A stretch of 16,842 bases of DNA, taken from assembly GCA_016840855.1 (NCBI GenBank), contig JAEORO010000071.1:1-16842 (forward strand). The letters are read 5' to 3'. The notes under the pieces are model-generated. The model did no database searches and was not told the DNA's origin. It saw nothing but the letters and a program-made list of their open reading frames with translations. A program made the position numbers and the translations under genes. Origin of the DNA: Candidatus Thorarchaeota archaeon. GTDB taxonomy: Archaea > Asgardarchaeota > Thorarchaeia > Thorarchaeales > Thorarchaeaceae. Below, piece by piece: positions 14,583-16,842 of the stretch (its first letter is position 1; each line of letters opens with the position of its first letter).

Positions 14583-16842
14583 TTAGCATTTCTGTTTATG
14601 ATGCGAATACCCATACCCATGCCACCATCTCCAGTGCCACCAACGAGGACGCCATCCTTTTGTTGCATCGTACTTCTGACCATCATCTATTGGCATCACA
14701 TAACTGCATTTCTTCTTATTATGCGGCACATAAACAAATACGGAACCGATTGTTTCGCCACCTCTGCCATCCGAAGCCAGGAAGGTGATTTCGTAAACTC
14801 TACCATTACCAAATCCATCCCTTTCAGCACGGAGCCAAGCAGTATCACAACCAACCCCAAAGGCATCTGGATCCCATCCGACGAACTCATCACTAGTTAT
14901 GTTCATTATCGTGATAGTTACATCGTCTCCATCGGGGTCAGTAACACCTTCTATCGATACTTCTACAAACTTACCATTAGGCGGCCATATGAACTCTATA
15001 CTTGGACAAGCTCCAGAAACATCGGGAGGACGATTATGTGTCTGACCAGCGATTCCAAATAGTGAAAGGTGAGTGACTTGCGCCCACACGTAGCCCGCAT
15101 AGACCTCACCAAACAAGTACAGGTCATTTGTGTTTACACCAGTTGCAATCACCCAATCGAGACCTTCGTTGAGTTCTATCCATTGTTCTAAAACTTCATT
15201 ATAGTAGTAGAGAACAAGCGTGGTTTCATTGAAATCATCAGTGTCATTCACAAGCCCATTACCAGTGAGATCCAATTCGAGTTCCTTGTAGTAAATCCGA
15301 ATCATTGCTGAATCAACTGGAGCTTCATCAAATCCTTCAACACTGAAGTCAATTTCAAGGTATTTACCCATAGCATAGCTATAAACATCCAAGCCGTTGG
15401 AATTTGAAAGTTGGACCGGAGTTGTTGTTTCGTTATACAGTCCGATCTTAATTGTTGGTTGTGCTGGTTCTGAAAGCGAAATCATCAACTCCGAGTCGGT
15501 CATCTTGACCATGTCAATGTCATCGAGGGACAACATGATATTGACAATATGCTCTGTGTTTGTCAGAAGTGGAAATTCCACAATTAGAGCGCCATCATCC
15601 ATTGTGACGTTCTTCTCTTTCAGAGCTTGAAGCACTGGATAGACATCTTGAGAAGCGGCCTGTGAAAGCATTACAATGGTCTGAGTTTCATTCCAGACGC
15701 CATATCTGACAGCAATATGGTTCCCACCAGACTCTACCATGGTCTGAAGGACATCTGGAGAGTCTGCTAAGAGAGTATAAATGAGATTGCCCACAGTTCC
15801 CGGTTCAGATGCAGGATTTCCAACTAGTATAATCCATGGCTCGTTAGTATAGTTTGCCAAAAAGTCGTCCAATCCTATGATGTTTGCATGATGATAACTT
15901 ACTAGTCGGTTCGCAAATGCTGCCAATCCTGGGTCATTCAAATTATCACAAACTAGGATGATTTCTCCTTTAACCTCAGATGACGAATCTGGGTCGAGAT
16001 TATCTGGAACACCATCATTGTCTGTATCATTGTTTCGAGGATTTGTGCCCTGAATCAACTCGATGTTATCAGGTATATTATCTCCATCAGTGTCATTTGA
16101 CAATGGATCGAGTGATAGACTGATTTCAACAAAATCGGAAATATTGTCTCCGTCTGTATCATTTGAAAGTGGATTAGTACCTATGATACCTTCCAATCCG
16201 TCGTCTATGAAGTCATTATCGCTATCACCTGAATTGGGATCTGTTCCCTTGTCGAGCTCTGCACCATCAAAGACGAAGTCCTGGTCAGAATCAGGTGATA
16301 ACGGGTCAGTGCCAGCATTCAATTCCTCAGTGTCAGTTGCTCCGTCTTTATCAGTATCAGCTGAGCACGGATTTGTGCCATGCAAGAATTCAAAATAGTC
16401 ATCAGTCCCATCAGCATCTGTATCTTGTAGGAATGGATTGCTACCAAAGGTCAGCTCCGTGCTATCATCCAGGAGTTCACCGTCAGTATCGTAACTGCTC
16501 GGATTAAGACCATTCTGCCACTCAAAAAGGTCATCGAGAGCATCCTTGTCAGTGTCTCCTGAACTAGGATTTGTCCCCAGTTCCCACTCCTGCAAGTCAG
16601 AAAGTCCATCAAGATCTGAGTCTACTATGTTTGGATTGCTGGTGACATGGATATTATACGTCCCACTAGATGACTCGTAGGAAATCTCCCAGCCAGTGGT
16701 TTCAACATCATTCGTAAGCCCATCTTCATCCCAATCACTCACATCAGTTGGCGGTTCAACCTCGACAACAACTTCAAGGAGCCGATATTTACCAATGTTA
16801 TTTTGATTGATAACAAACAGATTATCTTCGCTGTCTATTTGC
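14583..16842 (-). CDS. 3' part of a large multidomain cell-surface protein (TSP3-like Ca-binding repeats, S-layer-like and Ig-like modules); 5' end outside the window
   Basis: The frame stays open from 16742 to the window end (..QIDSEDNLFVINQNNIGKYRLLEVVVEVEPPTDV-SDWDEDG), so GTG 16742 is not the true start. C-terminal 'WPPN...LRAER.G.GNGRVY.I...A.D' Ig-like module. Confidence 0.9.
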   Translation of the reverse strand, partial: QIDSEDNLFVINQNNIGKYRLLEVVVEVEPPTDVSDWDEDGLTNDVETTGWEISYESSSGTYNIHVTSNPNIVDSDLDGLSDLQEWELGTNPSSGDTDKDALDDLFEWQNGLNPSSYDTDGELLDDSTELTFGSNPFLQDTDADGTDDYFEFLHGTNPCSADTDKDGATDTEELNAGTDPLSPDSDQDFVFDGAELDKGTDPNSGDSDNDFIDDGLEGIIGTNPLSNDTDGDNISDFVEISLSLDPLSNDTDGDNIPDNIELIQGTNPRNNDTDNDGVPDNLDPDSSSEVKGEIILVCDNLNDPGLAAFANRLVSYHHANIIGLDDFLANYTNEPWIILVGNPASEPGTVGNLIYTLLADSPDVLQTMVESGGNHIAVRYGVWNETQTIVMLSQAASQDVYPVLQALKEKNVTMDDGALIVEFPLLTNTEHIVNIMLSLDDIDMVKMTDSELMISLSEPAQPTIKIGLYNETTTPVQLSNSNGLDVYSYAMGKYLEIDFSVEGFDEAPVDSAMIRIYYKELELDLTGNGLVNDTDDFNETTLVLYYYNEVLEQWIELNEGLDWVIATGVNTNDLYLFGEVYAGYVWAQVTHLSLFGIAGQTHNRPPDVSGACPSIEFIWPPNGKFVEVSIEGVTDPDGDDVTITIMNITSDEFVGWDPDAFGVGCDTAWLRAERDGFGNGRVYEITFLASDGRGGETIGSVFVYVPHNKKKCSYVMPIDDGQKYDATKGWRPRWWHWRWWHGYGYSHHKQKC
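15988..16740 (-). repeat. About ten consecutive 22-aa (66-nt) TSP3-like DxDxDGxxDxxE repeats plus one N-terminal copy
   Basis: Units such as NPSSGDTDKDALDDLFEWQNGL, NPFLQDTDADGTDDYFEFLHGT and NPLSNDTDGDNISDFVEISLSL. Confidence 0.9.

Noticed and set aside
846-16507. Many short overlapping ORFs in the track (e.g. 1010..1276, 2035..2346, 5915..6307, 7871..8140, 8442..8834, 12352..12543, 14565..15062, 16063..16398)
   Set aside because: Nested within or antisense to well-supported genes, lacking SD or motifs; composition reflects the real frame.

Overview
Archaeal genomic DNA, most likely Asgard/Thorarchaeota-like. This is an inference from GGAGGTGA/GGTGA ribosome-binding sites, TATA-like boxes, a crenarchaeal-type single-OB SSB, and many secreted proteins with Thr-rich linkers and C-terminal TM+basic tails. 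The window holds about 15 protein-coding genes. On the minus strand: a partial secreted protein; an operon of HTH/Cys regulator + beta-propeller + membrane-anchored secreted protein; an M24-family hydrolase with non-canonical metal ligands; and a ~16-TM histidine kinase-like protein with a degenerate ATPase domain. On the plus strand: two tandem paralogous small membrane proteins, then a membrane protein/ArsR-like regulator/membrane protein/serine hydrolase operon. These are followed by an SSB with an RGG/YGG tail (-), a sulfite-oxidase-family molybdoenzyme (+), a DUF4406/NDT-like protein (+), and the 3' part of a large TSP3-repeat surface protein (-). I saw no tRNA, rRNA, CRISPR array or transposase. 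The most unusual unexplained signal is the 3.1-3.65 kb 'intergenic' gap. It contains a 36-codon basic ORF missed by the ORF track, whose perfect SD and start codon are both buried in a long leader helix, flanked by two hairpins with complementary loop regions. GAAC/nGAAn operator-like arrays also occur in two promoters. All family calls come from motif recognition by eye, not database searches.
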